Source: Candidatus Nanoarchaeia archaeon
GTDB taxonomy: Archaea > Nanobdellota > Nanobdellia > SCGC-AAA011-G17 > DATDVL01
Length of the DNA stretch: 64,000 nucleotides
Direction: 5' to 3'
NCBI GenBank assembly: GCA_035289925.1
Contig: DATDVR010000005.1
Coordinates: forward strand, 45,692 to 109,691
The notes under the pieces are model-generated. The model did not search any database and was not told where the DNA came from. It was given only the letters and a program-made list of their open reading frames with translations. Of the stretch, positions 54,202 through 63,547 are shown one piece after another; position 1 is the first letter of the stretch, and the number at the start of each line of letters is the position of its first letter. The position numbers were made by a program, and so were the translations under genes.

Positions 54202-55506
54202 TTACTGTCTTGGGTAGTAGTAATAGCTTTGCCCTTCAACTGTTGAAGGCTCTTTTCCGCTGCCCTTTTTCATGGCTAGGACTAGAGCTAAAACAATCAA
54301 GACAACAACCAAGACGATAAAGACAACTGCCAAAACAGTTTTCAAGTCGTCAAAGCTTTGCTGTGGCTCTGCTACTCTTGCGTTAAGGTTTACTTCCCTT
54401 ACAATATTGCTTCCCATCATTACTCTAGCAACAAAGTTGTAGTTGCCTGGTTTTGCATTGTCTCTTGGCTTCAAGTAGATGTTTGCTTCGCCAGTTCTTC
54501 CAGCTTCCAAATTAATGAAACCTGGATCAACTCTGGATTCTGCCCAAAGGTCTTCTCCGTCTAATTCAACTGAGAATACTCCTTTTGCATCTCCTAGATT
54601 TGCTAAAGTCAATCTGAATAATGTTTCCTGACCAGCCATTAAATCTTTGCTGGATGAGTCTACATTAACTATTGCTTGTGGGCCTACTGCAACTTTTTCC
54701 TGACCTTGTACAAAGATTGTCTTTGTTTCGGTTGCAAAGTCATGTCCTCTGTTGTATTCTATTACAACATTGACGTTATAGTTGCCTGTAGGTGCATCTT
54801 CTGGTAATCTTAATATTAGATTGATGCTCTCTGAAGACTCTTCATTGTCATCTAACAATCCATTAGATTCCTCTGCCAATTGATTGACAAGTTCATCTAT
54901 GAAATTAGATGTTGAAACTCCTAGCTCTGGAATTGATGCAGTAACTTTTATGTCCTGCTCTTTCTTCTGACCTAGGTTCTCTGCCCTTACAGTCACGAAC
55001 AACGGAGCACCAGCCCTTAAGTTGCTGCTTGGATTAAATAGAACTGCAAATGGCTCAATACTGTGTCTTCTCTCATCAATTCTAACCTGGAATTCCTGTT
55101 CAACTTCAGCTGTGTTTGAAGCAACTACAGTTATTCTTAAAGTATAGATTTCCTGAGCATCTATATCATTTGGTATTAACAATCTTAATGATTTCCTATA
55201 GACGTTATTACCTGCTTTGACTATGAATAGGTCTGTTTCATCTTTTACATCACCATATTCATAACCTAAGATCTCAGCTTTAACTTCGACCTTATCTGTT
55301 GTAGTGCTTGCGTTTGATCTGACCCAAACCTCTACAAGAATTTCATCTGTTCTTTCAATTGCATAGACATCGGTTGTTGAAGACAATACTTGATTGTCTA
55401 TCTTTACGCTATCTATCGCAAATGGTCCAACGACTTGTGCATTAACTGCACCAACTAGTGCGAACAAAAACACTAGCATTGCGCTCAATAATATTGTTTT
55501 TCTCAT
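54202..55506 (-). CDS. S-layer-like/Ig-repeat surface protein with a C-terminal TM anchor
   Basis: Signal peptide (LFALVGAVNA), ~100-aa beta-rich repeats, and a C-terminal LAVVFIVLVVVLIVLALVLAMKK helix. GGGGG lies 12 nt upstream of the ATG. Confidence 0.55.
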   Translation of the reverse strand: MRKTILLSAMLVFLFALVGAVNAQVVGPFAIDSVKIDNQVLSSTTDVYAIERTDEILVEVWVRSNASTTTDKVEVKAEILGYEYGDVKDETDLFIVKAGNNVYRKSLRLLIPNDIDAQEIYTLRITVVASNTAEVEQEFQVRIDERRHSIEPFAVLFNPSSNLRAGAPLFVTVRAENLGQKKEQDIKVTASIPELGVSTSNFIDELVNQLAEESNGLLDDNEESSESINLILRLPEDAPTGNYNVNVVIEYNRGHDFATETKTIFVQGQEKVAVGPQAIVNVDSSSKDLMAGQETLFRLTLANLGDAKGVFSVELDGEDLWAESRVDPGFINLEAGRTGEANIYLKPRDNAKPGNYNFVARVMMGSNIVREVNLNARVAEPQQSFDDLKTVLAVVFIVLVVVLIVLALVLAMKKGSGKEPSTVEGQSYYYYPRQ

Positions 55507-55673
55507 TTTAATTAAACCCCCAATATATGTTTTATTACTATTAGCCAGTTATGACTAATATATAAACCTTTCGGTAGTAGCAACAAATAGACTTTTTTGC
55601 CTGATTTGCCTTGTATTTTGATGTTTTAGAGAAGTACTTTGTCTTAAAATAAGTGATTGAGGATAGGCAAGTA

Positions 55674-56117
55674 ATGAAAAAAAGACAGCAAGTTTTATAT
55701 ACCAATGGGACAAATTATTCAGTTATGGGATGTTATACTGGAGATGGAGGACCTGCTCATGTTACGGTTCTTGAAAATTCTATAAAATATTGGGATACTA
55801 GAACAACAAACTCTGGGATTCCTAGAACTTGGGGACCTCATTATGGAGAAGTTATCTGGGCTTTTAACAGGGAAACTGGAGAGTTAAAGCTTAATAGGAA
55901 ATACTATTCTAAAGAAGAACCAAGCTTACATAATGCAGAAGATTTTGAACCTCATTTTTTAATTGGAGAAAAAGGAATAAATTTAGGATCCATAGTCAAG
56001 GAAACTGACATTAAATATGAATTGCATGATGAAATTGACAATGTCAGAAGCATATGTTACTTGACTCCTGAGCAAGAAAAATGCTATACAAGATTAATTA
56101 ATTCTACAAGCACTTAA
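55674..56117 (+). CDS. hypothetical protein
   Basis: ORF only. The start is trimmed from GTG 55653 to ATG 55674. Confidence 0.4.
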   Translation: MKKRQQVLYTNGTNYSVMGCYTGDGGPAHVTVLENSIKYWDTRTTNSGIPRTWGPHYGEVIWAFNRETGELKLNRKYYSKEEPSLHNAEDFEPHFLIGEKGINLGSIVKETDIKYELHDEIDNVRSICYLTPEQEKCYTRLINSTST

Positions 56118-56126
56118 TAAAATAGG

Positions 56127-56200
56127 TGGGGTCATCAGGATTTGAACCTGAATCTGGCGCTTTGGAGGCGCTAATACTAACCGGGTTATACTATGACCCC
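56127..56200 (-). tRNA. tRNA-Trp (anticodon CCA), intron-less
   Basis: The reverse complement is GGGGTCA TA GTAT AACCCGGTTA GTAT T AGCGC CTCCAAA GCGCC AGAT TCAGG TTCAAAT CCTGA TGACCCC A. The acceptor and T arms are perfect. There is one A:C mismatch at the top of the anticodon stem. Confidence 0.8.
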
Positions 56201-56260
56201 TTTAAAGAAAAACTAGAAAATTGCCTATATAAATATTACCTAATCTGAGGGTGTTAAGTA

Positions 56261-57508
56261 TTAAGGGCTTTTAGTCATTTTCTGCTCTCCTGTTAAGCTC
56301 GTGGCTTTCTTAACTGAATTTACTAAAATGGGATACCATCTATTCTGCTCATTAATCCCAATTCCACACTTCTCTGCTGGAGTTAATTTATCCTTTACAT
56401 TCTTTCTTACAAAGTTATGATAGACTTTGAAGCCATCAGCATATGCTTGGGTTTCGGTTATCCCTCTTCTGATTTTCTGAAACTCTTTCTGATGAGTGTG
56501 GTGGCTTTCAACTGCATTATTGTTTATTTGTTTTCTTCTTCCTAAAATTGAGATATGCTTTACTTTATTTTTGCTTCCCCAATTCTTAAAGGTTTTTCTA
56601 ATGCCTTCTTGATACCCAGCATATCTATCGGTTATTATCTGATTAGGCATTTCTTGTGTTTGCTGATATGCTTCTGTCATTACATTTTGTGCGTCTTTTA
56701 TCTTTCTGCTTCTGCCAGAATTAATAGAAGCCAATAAGAATTTAGTATTATTGTCTATGACATTCCAAACATAATCAAAGTTCTTGTTTGGGTTTTCTTT
56801 GTCCTTTCCTCTCTTTGTTAAGACAAGAGTTTCATCAGCGTTCCATGTTCCACTTGTTTTAGGTGTCAAAGTTTTAGAGTATTTTTCCATGACTTTTGAA
56901 AACTTTAATACCCATTCCCTTATTGAAACATGAGAAATATTCAAGCCATAAAATTGCTTGAATTGGTCTGAAATATCTCTATAACTTAATCCTTTGTAAT
57001 AGCAGTCCATAGCTAAGCAGACTAGTTTAGCATTTCCTTTTATATTTTTTATAGGCTCTAAAACAAATCTTTTTCTACAATTCTTACAACAGTAAAGCTG
57101 TTTTAATCCTAATTGCGTTTTTCTTAATCCTCTCTTGAATATATTTTCACAAGAACAATAAGGGCAAATATCATTCTTAGGAGTTTCAATAACGACTTCA
57201 ATTTCTCTTTTAGCCTGTGGCTCTATTTCATAGGCGTTCTTTAATCTTTCAAACAAAAAGATGGCTTTGATATGCTTACAATAAATGCCTTTGTTTCTGC
57301 ATCTTAATTCAAAGTCCTTGCATTCACAAGAATAGCTGTCTATATGAGTTACTTTGTATTTTTTATTGCTATCAAATTGTGATGGAACTAAATAGGTAAA
57401 TTCGTCTAAAGCCTGTGGCTGTCCTTTCTCTAAAACTGCTTTGGCTCTTATTTCTCTTTTGTCTGAATATGTTTTTAATTGTTCTTGTATTATTTGCATT
57501 TTTATCAC
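56261..57508 (-). CDS. IS6/IS240-like DDE transposase with N-terminal SWIM-type and further zinc fingers
   Basis: YSCECKDFELRCRNKGIYCKHIKA is SWIM-like (CxCx(n)CxH). The DDE region is WNADETLV..., YVWNVID, ITDRYAGY, NNAVESHHTHQKEF..R, as in IS6-family enzymes. Confidence 0.7.
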   Translation of the reverse strand: MIKMQIIQEQLKTYSDKREIRAKAVLEKGQPQALDEFTYLVPSQFDSNKKYKVTHIDSYSCECKDFELRCRNKGIYCKHIKAIFLFERLKNAYEIEPQAKREIEVVIETPKNDICPYCSCENIFKRGLRKTQLGLKQLYCCKNCRKRFVLEPIKNIKGNAKLVCLAMDCYYKGLSYRDISDQFKQFYGLNISHVSIREWVLKFSKVMEKYSKTLTPKTSGTWNADETLVLTKRGKDKENPNKNFDYVWNVIDNNTKFLLASINSGRSRKIKDAQNVMTEAYQQTQEMPNQIITDRYAGYQEGIRKTFKNWGSKNKVKHISILGRRKQINNNAVESHHTHQKEFQKIRRGITETQAYADGFKVYHNFVRKNVKDKLTPAEKCGIGINEQNRWYPILVNSVKKATSLTGEQKMTKSP

Positions 57509-57531
57509 TCCATTATTTACCTTTATAGGTA

Positions 57532-57589
57532 TACTTATATAAGTAATGCTAATATATAAACCTTCCTGTTTCTTACTTATATAAGTAAG
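57532..57589. promoter_or_regulatory. two copies of a perfect palindrome (TACTTATATAAGTA at 57532-57545; CTTACTTATATAAGTAAG at 57572-57589) upstream of the transposase gene
   Basis: Exact self-complementary sequences containing a TATA-like core lie 24-81 nt upstream of the transposase ATG (57508). Confidence 0.4.
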
Positions 57590-57707
57590 GATTATATAAA
57601 TATCTCTTTGTTTATAACTTAGTTAATAATACCTTATTTAAATAGTGTTTATATAAATGGTATCTTAAAAAGTAAGGTTTATATAGAAGCTATGTCTTTA
57701 AATTCTT

Positions 57708-57890
57708 ATGAATAATAAGAGATATATAATTAAAAAAGAGGTGAACGCTTTTAAGTGTTTAAGATGTAATCATGAGTGGTTACCAAGAGTCAGCATGGAA
57801 GAGCTTGAAAGCGAAGTAAAAGAAAAGCCGAGAATCTGTCCAAATTGTAAATCTGCTTATTGGGATTTAGAAAAGAAAAAGAAGAAATAG
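57708..57890 (+). CDS. small zinc-ribbon protein
   Basis: CLRCNHEW...CPNCKS (two CxxC pairs) with a Lys-rich tail. Confidence 0.5.
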   Translation: MNNKRYIIKKEVNAFKCLRCNHEWLPRVSMEELESEVKEKPRICPNCKSAYWDLEKKKKK

Positions 57891-57965
57891 AAAATAATCC
57901 GATAAAGTAAGAAGATTTTCGGAAAAAACACAGAAAGAAATAAAAAGGATTTTCAATTAAAAGAA

Positions 57966-58379
57966 ATGACGATGAAATATTGGTTATGTATAACAAATAT
58001 GGAAAATTGGGATGTTATTTTAGATAAAGAGGTTCATGGATTTAATGAAAGAAATAAAAGATATTTTGAACTTTTAAGTATTGGTGATAAAGTTGCCATG
58101 TATATCACTCCTAAAAGAATAGGCGGTCTTTTTGAAATAGTAAAAATAGATTTCAGCAAAGAAGTAATATTTGGAGGCGGAGATTATCCTTATAGAATAA
58201 AATTAAAGAAAATTAAGCTACCATCGCAGTTTATTCTTATGGACGAAAGACTAACGGATAATCTTTCTATTTTCAAAGGAGCAATTAAATGGGGTGCAAC
58301 TCTAATGGGTAAATCTATTAGAGAGATTACTAAAAATGATTTTGAGCTTATATCAAAAATAATCAACGAGCAAAAATGA
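57966..58379 (+). CDS. EVE (PUA-like) domain protein
   Basis: KYWLCITNMENWDVILDKEVHGF.......LSIGDKVAMYIT..RIGGLFEIV....YPYRIKLKKIK closely follows the archaeal EVE-domain pattern (PH1033-like, from memory). A 4-nt overlap with the methylase gene. Confidence 0.75.
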   Translation: MTMKYWLCITNMENWDVILDKEVHGFNERNKRYFELLSIGDKVAMYITPKRIGGLFEIVKIDFSKEVIFGGGDYPYRIKLKKIKLPSQFILMDERLTDNLSIFKGAIKWGATLMGKSIREITKNDFELISKIINEQK

Positions 58380-59539
58380 AACCTTTAATTAAATGGGCTG
58401 GTGGAAAATCAAGCGAGATAAAACATATAGAAAGGATTATTCCAGAATTTAATAGATATATAGAGCCCTTTTTTGGTGGTGGTGCATTATTCTTTGATTT
58501 AGAACCAAAAAAAGCAATAATAAATGATATTTCAAAAGAGCTGATTTTATTTTATAAGCTACTAAAGAATAATAAGAGCCGAGAAAGATTTAAGAAAGAA
58601 TTATTTAGGTATGTAGAATCATGGGAGAGGATTGGAGTTTACATGAAACATTTTGGAAATGATTTCATAGTTCTTTACAATAAATATAAGACAAATAGAT
58701 TAAATGAAGATAGCTTTGAAAAAGAAATAGAATTATTATTCAAGAAAAAGATAGTCCCTTTTAATGGATTATTCCATAAGAATTTTTGCATAAATCAAGA
58801 AGGATTATTGAAAGAAATAAAAGACAATCTGATAGCAAAACTGCAAAGAACTAGGAATAATGTTGATGTTAATAATCACTTTTCTGATTATGAAATAAAG
58901 AAAAACATAGAATCTGCTTTTAGAAGTGGCTTTTATATGCACTTTAGAAATTTAATGAACCGAGAGAAAAAAAGGAAAATAAGATTATCTAAAGAAAAGA
59001 AAATAGCTAATTATTATTTTATAAGAGAATTTTGCTATGGTGGAATGTTCAGATTTAATAGCTCTGGCGACTTTAATGTTCCCTATGGTGGTATAGCTTA
59101 CAATAAAAAGGATTTTAGAGCAAAAGTGAAATATCTATTCTCTGAAAAGATAATTAATTTATTGAAGAATATAAAAATAGAGAACAGGGATTTTGAAGAA
59201 TTGCTTAAAAGTTCAAGATTAAACAAAAAGGACTTTGTTTTTTTAGACCCACCTTATGATACAGAATTTAGTGGGTATGAAGAAAATCCTTTTACTAAAG
59301 AAGACCAAGAGAGATTAGCTAAAACTTTAATAAATCTAAAAGCTAACTTCATTTTAATAATAAAAGAAACTCCTTTTATCCTTAATTTATATCAAGGTAA
59401 GAGGGGTATAAAAATATCTAAATTTAATAAAGAATACAAATTCAACATAAGAGAAAGGAATGTTAGAGATGTAAGGCATTTAATAATTCATAATCTAAAT
59501 ATTAAGCAACACCGACAGGCTTCACTTTCGCATTATTAA
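58376..59539 (+). CDS. Dam-family (D12 class) N6-adenine DNA methyltransferase
   Basis: IKWAGGKS, the EPFFGGGALFF AdoMet motif, and the catalytic FLDPPYDTEF. Confidence 0.85.
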   Translation: MKPLIKWAGGKSSEIKHIERIIPEFNRYIEPFFGGGALFFDLEPKKAIINDISKELILFYKLLKNNKSRERFKKELFRYVESWERIGVYMKHFGNDFIVLYNKYKTNRLNEDSFEKEIELLFKKKIVPFNGLFHKNFCINQEGLLKEIKDNLIAKLQRTRNNVDVNNHFSDYEIKKNIESAFRSGFYMHFRNLMNREKKRKIRLSKEKKIANYYFIREFCYGGMFRFNSSGDFNVPYGGIAYNKKDFRAKVKYLFSEKIINLLKNIKIENRDFEELLKSSRLNKKDFVFLDPPYDTEFSGYEENPFTKEDQERLAKTLINLKANFILIIKETPFILNLYQGKRGIKISKFNKEYKFNIRERNVRDVRHLIIHNLNIKQHRQASLSHY

Positions 59540-60263
59540 TAATCTCTTGAAGCTCTTTTAGAGTTAATACTTTGCTTCTATTCCTATGCATCATTCTATG
59601 ACAATTAGAACATAAAGGAATTACTTTATTCAAGGCTTCTTTTAGCTTTTGTTTTGTGCCTTCAATATCCATTAAGTGAACAGGCTCTAAATGATGTATC
59701 TCTATGTAATCTTTTCCATGTCCATTATATTTTATTGAGAAATCAAATCCACAAGCTTCACAAGATACTCCTATTAGGGATTGTTTTAATTCTCTTAATT
59801 TCATTTCTCTTAACTTTCTTGACCTTTGCCTATGTTTTGCTTTTCTTTCTGTTTGCAGTCCTTCACTTATTGTATCTTCTAAAATAATGTCAGTATAATC
59901 TTTGTTAATAGCTTTCCTTACTTTGCTCTCTTCAAATCCACTTTCTTTGACATAATCAATAAGAATTTCATTATCTTCTAAATATTCAATTCCTTTTTTA
60001 GTTATTTTATTTAGACCACCCCTACCACCATAAATAATTAATCCTCTACTTACTAAACTTGTTTTTTGTTCTCTATGACAGATAAGATTTCTAACCTTTT
60101 GTGTAAAATGAGTATCATTTCTATCTTTAAGTATCTCGGCATCATAGCCCGTTGGTTTAAATTCTTGAACTAATAATTTTATAATTTCTGATGTAGAAAT
60201 TCCATCTGGATTATCCCTTAAATGTCTTAAAGCTGGAATATCAAGCTCTCTTTCGGTAATCAT
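59502..60263 (-). CDS. HNH endonuclease with an N-terminal winged-helix-like domain (candidate restriction partner)
   Basis: CEACGFDF...YIEIHHLEP...IPLCSNCHRMMH is an H-N-H Zn-finger nuclease core. Its 3' end overlaps the methylase 3' end by 38 nt (convergent). Confidence 0.75.
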   Translation of the reverse strand: MITERELDIPALRHLRDNPDGISTSEIIKLLVQEFKPTGYDAEILKDRNDTHFTQKVRNLICHREQKTSLVSRGLIIYGGRGGLNKITKKGIEYLEDNEILIDYVKESGFEESKVRKAINKDYTDIILEDTISEGLQTERKAKHRQRSRKLREMKLRELKQSLIGVSCEACGFDFSIKYNGHGKDYIEIHHLEPVHLMDIEGTKQKLKEALNKVIPLCSNCHRMMHRNRSKVLTLKELQEIINNAKVKPVGVA

Positions 60264-60353
60264 AAAAAATTAAGGGTAAAATACCTATAAAAAACTATCT
60301 GAGCCACGCCACTTAACACATCTATTCAAGCCACGAAGACTTAACACTCTCAC

Positions 60354-60749
60354 CTAATCTGTCTCGTCTTCTTCAGTGCTTAAATCTTTGGCCCTGAAAG
60401 TAGAGGCTAAATCTATCAAGTATTTTCCATCTTCTAATTTATAGACTAATGGCTTTCCCTTGAACAAATCTACTAAATCTATCTCAAACTTTCCTGGCTT
60501 TAACATACGAACACTCTCCAAATCTAAGATAACTGGCTTGTCAACTTCATCTTCGCCTAATAATTCCAAGGCATCATTCATGATTGACTGCTTTTCTTCT
60601 GTTGTCAATTTAACAGTTAAATTCTTCACATCTTCAACATCTTTCTTCTTCATGAAGAAAAAGAACTTGGCTCCACAATCACAGCCTTTTAGAATCTGAT
60701 TAGAACCGTCTGGATAAAGTTTCCCGCATTTGACGCATTGGTGAGGCAT
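60354..60749 (-). CDS. archaeal Zn-ribbon protein (DUF2072/COG3364-like, from memory)
   Basis: MPHQCVKCGKLYPDGSNQILKGCDCGAKFFFF gives two Cys pairs at the N-terminus. It is the last gene of the GTPase operon. Confidence 0.55.
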   Translation of the reverse strand: MPHQCVKCGKLYPDGSNQILKGCDCGAKFFFFMKKKDVEDVKNLTVKLTTEEKQSIMNDALELLGEDEVDKPVILDLESVRMLKPGKFEIDLVDLFKGKPLVYKLEDGKYLIDLASTFRAKDLSTEEDETD

Positions 60750-60752
60750 TGT

Positions 60753-61139
60753 TTACCTTTTTTTCTTCTTTTTAGGAACATCAGTGTAAAGCATTATCTT
60801 GTTTGGATCTTTCCTGATTTCCTTTACAATAGAAGCTGGACCTATTATTGTGATACCATCGCGATTGCCAACTAAAAGCTTAATCATCTCTGACTTTATT
60901 TTTCCAAATAATTGTCTTTTACTTTCCTCTGGGTAAATTGTACAGATCTCAATTCCTTTGAATTCTTTCTTGATAGTTTCCATAGTCTTCTGAATTAAAC
61001 CTGATTCTTCTTCTGGCTTCAATCTACCTTGCATAAGAACTATTTTTTCTTCTTTAACTAATTTTAATAATCTGTTTATTCTTTCAGCTGAAGAAAGGCT
61101 TTCTATTTCCGAATACGGCACAAATTGTAATGTTAACAT
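60753..61139 (-). CDS. conserved archaeal protein (DUF2073/COG3365-like, from memory)
   Basis: It lies between the GTPase and the Zn-ribbon gene with 3-nt spacers. The family assignment rests on context and size. Confidence 0.4.
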   Translation of the reverse strand: MLTLQFVPYSEIESLSSAERINRLLKLVKEEKIVLMQGRLKPEEESGLIQKTMETIKKEFKGIEICTIYPEESKRQLFGKIKSEMIKLLVGNRDGITIIGPASIVKEIRKDPNKIMLYTDVPKKKKKR

Positions 61140-61142
61140 TTT

Positions 61143-61781
61143 TCACCCTCTTTTTATTACTCTAAATAATGACTCATAAAACTCAGCCATGTTAGTTCCT
61201 TTTAATGCTGATATTCCTACAACATCATACTGCGGGAAAGCTGCTTCAACCTTTTTTATGTTTGATTTTTTCAAGTCAACTTTGTTAGCTACAATCAAGA
61301 CAGGAATTTTTCTTGCTGCTAGATTACCAACTATTGTGATGTTAACCTGTGAATAAGGATTAATTGCTGAATCTAGAACTATTACGACACAGTCCATGTC
61401 ATCAAGCCATTTTATTGATTCAATGACTCCTTTTGTAGCTTCCTTAGCTCTTTTCTTAGCCTGACCTTCAGGCATCTTGAATTTCAAAAAATCTTCATAA
61501 TCAATTTTTGTTGCTATTCCAGGAGTGTCTACAATGTTAAAATTAATTTCCTTTCCTTTTTGCTTTATCTTGACTGATTCTTTAATGTTAATCTTGCGAG
61601 TCTCATGCGGAATCTTAGAAACAGTCCCCATTTCTTCTCCAAGCCAGTCCTTGCAGATTCTGTTTGCTAAACTGGTTTTCCCTGCATTTGGAGGACCATA
61701 AAAACCTAGCTTAATCTCTTTTTTTTCGTTAAACAACTGCAAGAATATTCTTCTTATGAAATTTGTCAAGACTCTTAGCAT
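61143..61781 (-). CDS. small P-loop GTPase
   Basis: G1 GPPNAGKTS, G3 DTPG, G4 NKVD, G5 ISAL. Confidence 0.8.
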   Translation of the reverse strand: MLRVLTNFIRRIFLQLFNEKKEIKLGFYGPPNAGKTSLANRICKDWLGEEMGTVSKIPHETRKINIKESVKIKQKGKEINFNIVDTPGIATKIDYEDFLKFKMPEGQAKKRAKEATKGVIESIKWLDDMDCVVIVLDSAINPYSQVNITIVGNLAARKIPVLIVANKVDLKKSNIKKVEAAFPQYDVVGISALKGTNMAEFYESLFRVIKRG

Positions 61782-61882
61782 TTAGTTTCCCCTTTTGACT
61801 ATACCTTATGTTGCTAGGTTGTTTTTAAGCTTTTTGGTGATAAAAACAGGCAAGTTTAGATTACTTACATAAATATAATCTA

Positions 61883-62266
61883 TTACAAGGCATACTCAAA
61901 CTTTTCTTTATCTAATGCTTCAGCTAGTGTTTTTTTTAATAACTTTTTATCAAATGCTCCGAGAACTGAACTTCTTCCATAAAAGCGTAGCCAAGGCTTT
62001 GTTGTATTGTGACGATATATATTAACCCAACCACCACCATGCTTTGTAAAAGTTGATGGAGACTCTCCTTGATCACTCAAATAACGGTTTAATCGTCCTA
62101 AAGTATTTACATGCTCAGGTCCTTTATCGATTCTTATAAAACCTCTTCCATCAGGAGATTCTAACAATACAAACTTGAGTATTGCATCCGGGTCTTGAGA
62201 ACTAAGTCTAGATAATCCACTTTCAACTTCAAATAAATTTTCCCCAGTAATTTGTTCAAGAGTCAT
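61883..62266 (-). CDS. hypothetical protein
   Basis: ORF only, with a 4-nt overlap with the upstream gene. Confidence 0.4.
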   Translation of the reverse strand: MTLEQITGENLFEVESGLSRLSSQDPDAILKFVLLESPDGRGFIRIDKGPEHVNTLGRLNRYLSDQGESPSTFTKHGGGWVNIYRHNTTKPWLRFYGRSSVLGAFDKKLLKKTLAEALDKEKFEYAL

Positions 62267-62997
62267 TTTATCTTAAATTCTAGATTATCTAGATCTCCAA
62301 TAAAAACTTCTCCAATGCCTTCTTTTTCTTTAATAAAAAGCATTCTACTAACGGCACCAATTGGATCTTGAGGTCTACCGTGGTGACATACATCAATATC
62401 TAAACTAGGATCTTCAAATAAGCCTAATAATTTAGTTATATAGCGTTTGTAGGATTCAGCAAATTCTTGCCTATTTTTTAGCAGAGCAAAATGATGAGGG
62501 GATATATCTGAAACTTCGTAGGTTCCATTTTCCGTCAAATCTTCTGTAATAGTCCAACCATACCTAGTTGGATCTACCTTTGCTTTCCCATCAACCCTGT
62601 TCACACCTATAACTTTATGTTTAGGAACATAAAAATCATTTTCTCTTGTAAAGCCATAGTTCAAAAGAACTTGTACATTGATCTCTTCGAACCTAGTATC
62701 AGTGAATGAAGAAATATCAATGACATCAAGAGGAAGACACTTCCCGAAAGACATTTCATCTCCAACATCGGGTTTTACTTTAACTAAGTATCCACTACCT
62801 AAAATAAAAGGTATCCTCTCAGTTATCCATGTCCTTGAACGTGGTCTATTCGGCTTTAATATTAACATTCTTTCTTTAATCCATTCCTTAAACCATTCAT
62901 CTTTACTGCTTTCAGGTACAGCTTCACTTCCTTTATCTATAATATCTTCCAATGCTTTGTAAGCTTCCTCAATATTTTCAAGAAAGGTTTCTACCAT
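62263..62997 (-). CDS. hypothetical protein
   Basis: ORF only. It leads a two-gene unit. Confidence 0.4.
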   Translation of the reverse strand: MVETFLENIEEAYKALEDIIDKGSEAVPESSKDEWFKEWIKERMLILKPNRPRSRTWITERIPFILGSGYLVKVKPDVGDEMSFGKCLPLDVIDISSFTDTRFEEINVQVLLNYGFTRENDFYVPKHKVIGVNRVDGKAKVDPTRYGWTITEDLTENGTYEVSDISPHHFALLKNRQEFAESYKRYITKLLGLFEDPSLDIDVCHHGRPQDPIGAVSRMLFIKEKEGIGEVFIGDLDNLEFKIK

Positions 62998-63038
62998 AGT
63001 AAAAAATCAAATTCACCAATTTATAACAATTATGCATC

Positions 63039-63470
63039 TTAGATATCTACAATAACACGAGCTTTCCAATATTTTTTAAGTTTTTTTACTTCAAATAAAT
63101 GCAGTGTCACAGCCTTAACATCATTTCCTAGTTTATGCTTCTTTGGATTGATTTTTTCCCCTTTAATTTCTGCTTCAAGATGATAAGTCTTATTTTTCTC
63201 TGTAATTTTTACCTTAACTTTGTCAAATATAGAGTAATCCTTGTCTTTCAAGAAAATAATTTCATCTAAAAAATCAAACAACAAGTTGTCAATTTTCTCA
63301 TTTTTTAACTTCACTTTCCAGGTTTTCTTAGAAGTTACGGTCTTCAAGTCTACCTGCATGTTGAACAAAGCCAAAGCTGCATTAGTGAATAGCTCATTCA
63401 AGTCTTTACCAAAAGCATCGAAAGCTATGTCTGCTACTGCTATATCTTCTAAATACTCAAATTTTTTCAT
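63039..63470 (-). CDS. archease
   Basis: MKKFEYLEDIAVADIAFDAFGKDLNELFTNAALAL and the C-terminal KAVTLH..EV are typical of archease. Confidence 0.8.
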   Translation of the reverse strand: MKKFEYLEDIAVADIAFDAFGKDLNELFTNAALALFNMQVDLKTVTSKKTWKVKLKNEKIDNLLFDFLDEIIFLKDKDYSIFDKVKVKITEKNKTYHLEAEIKGEKINPKKHKLGNDVKAVTLHLFEVKKLKKYWKARVIVDI

Positions 63471-63547
63471 AAAGTATTAAAACATGTCTTGATGTTATAA
63501 ATCTAACTATCATAATACTTATATAGTGTAATATATGGGTTGCAGAT

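Noticed and set aside
56201-57710. Terminal inverted repeats and target-site duplication for the IS6-like element
   Set aside because: The candidate matches were short AT-rich strings shared with generic TATA-like promoter sequence (TATATAAATAT), so the ends could not be supported.
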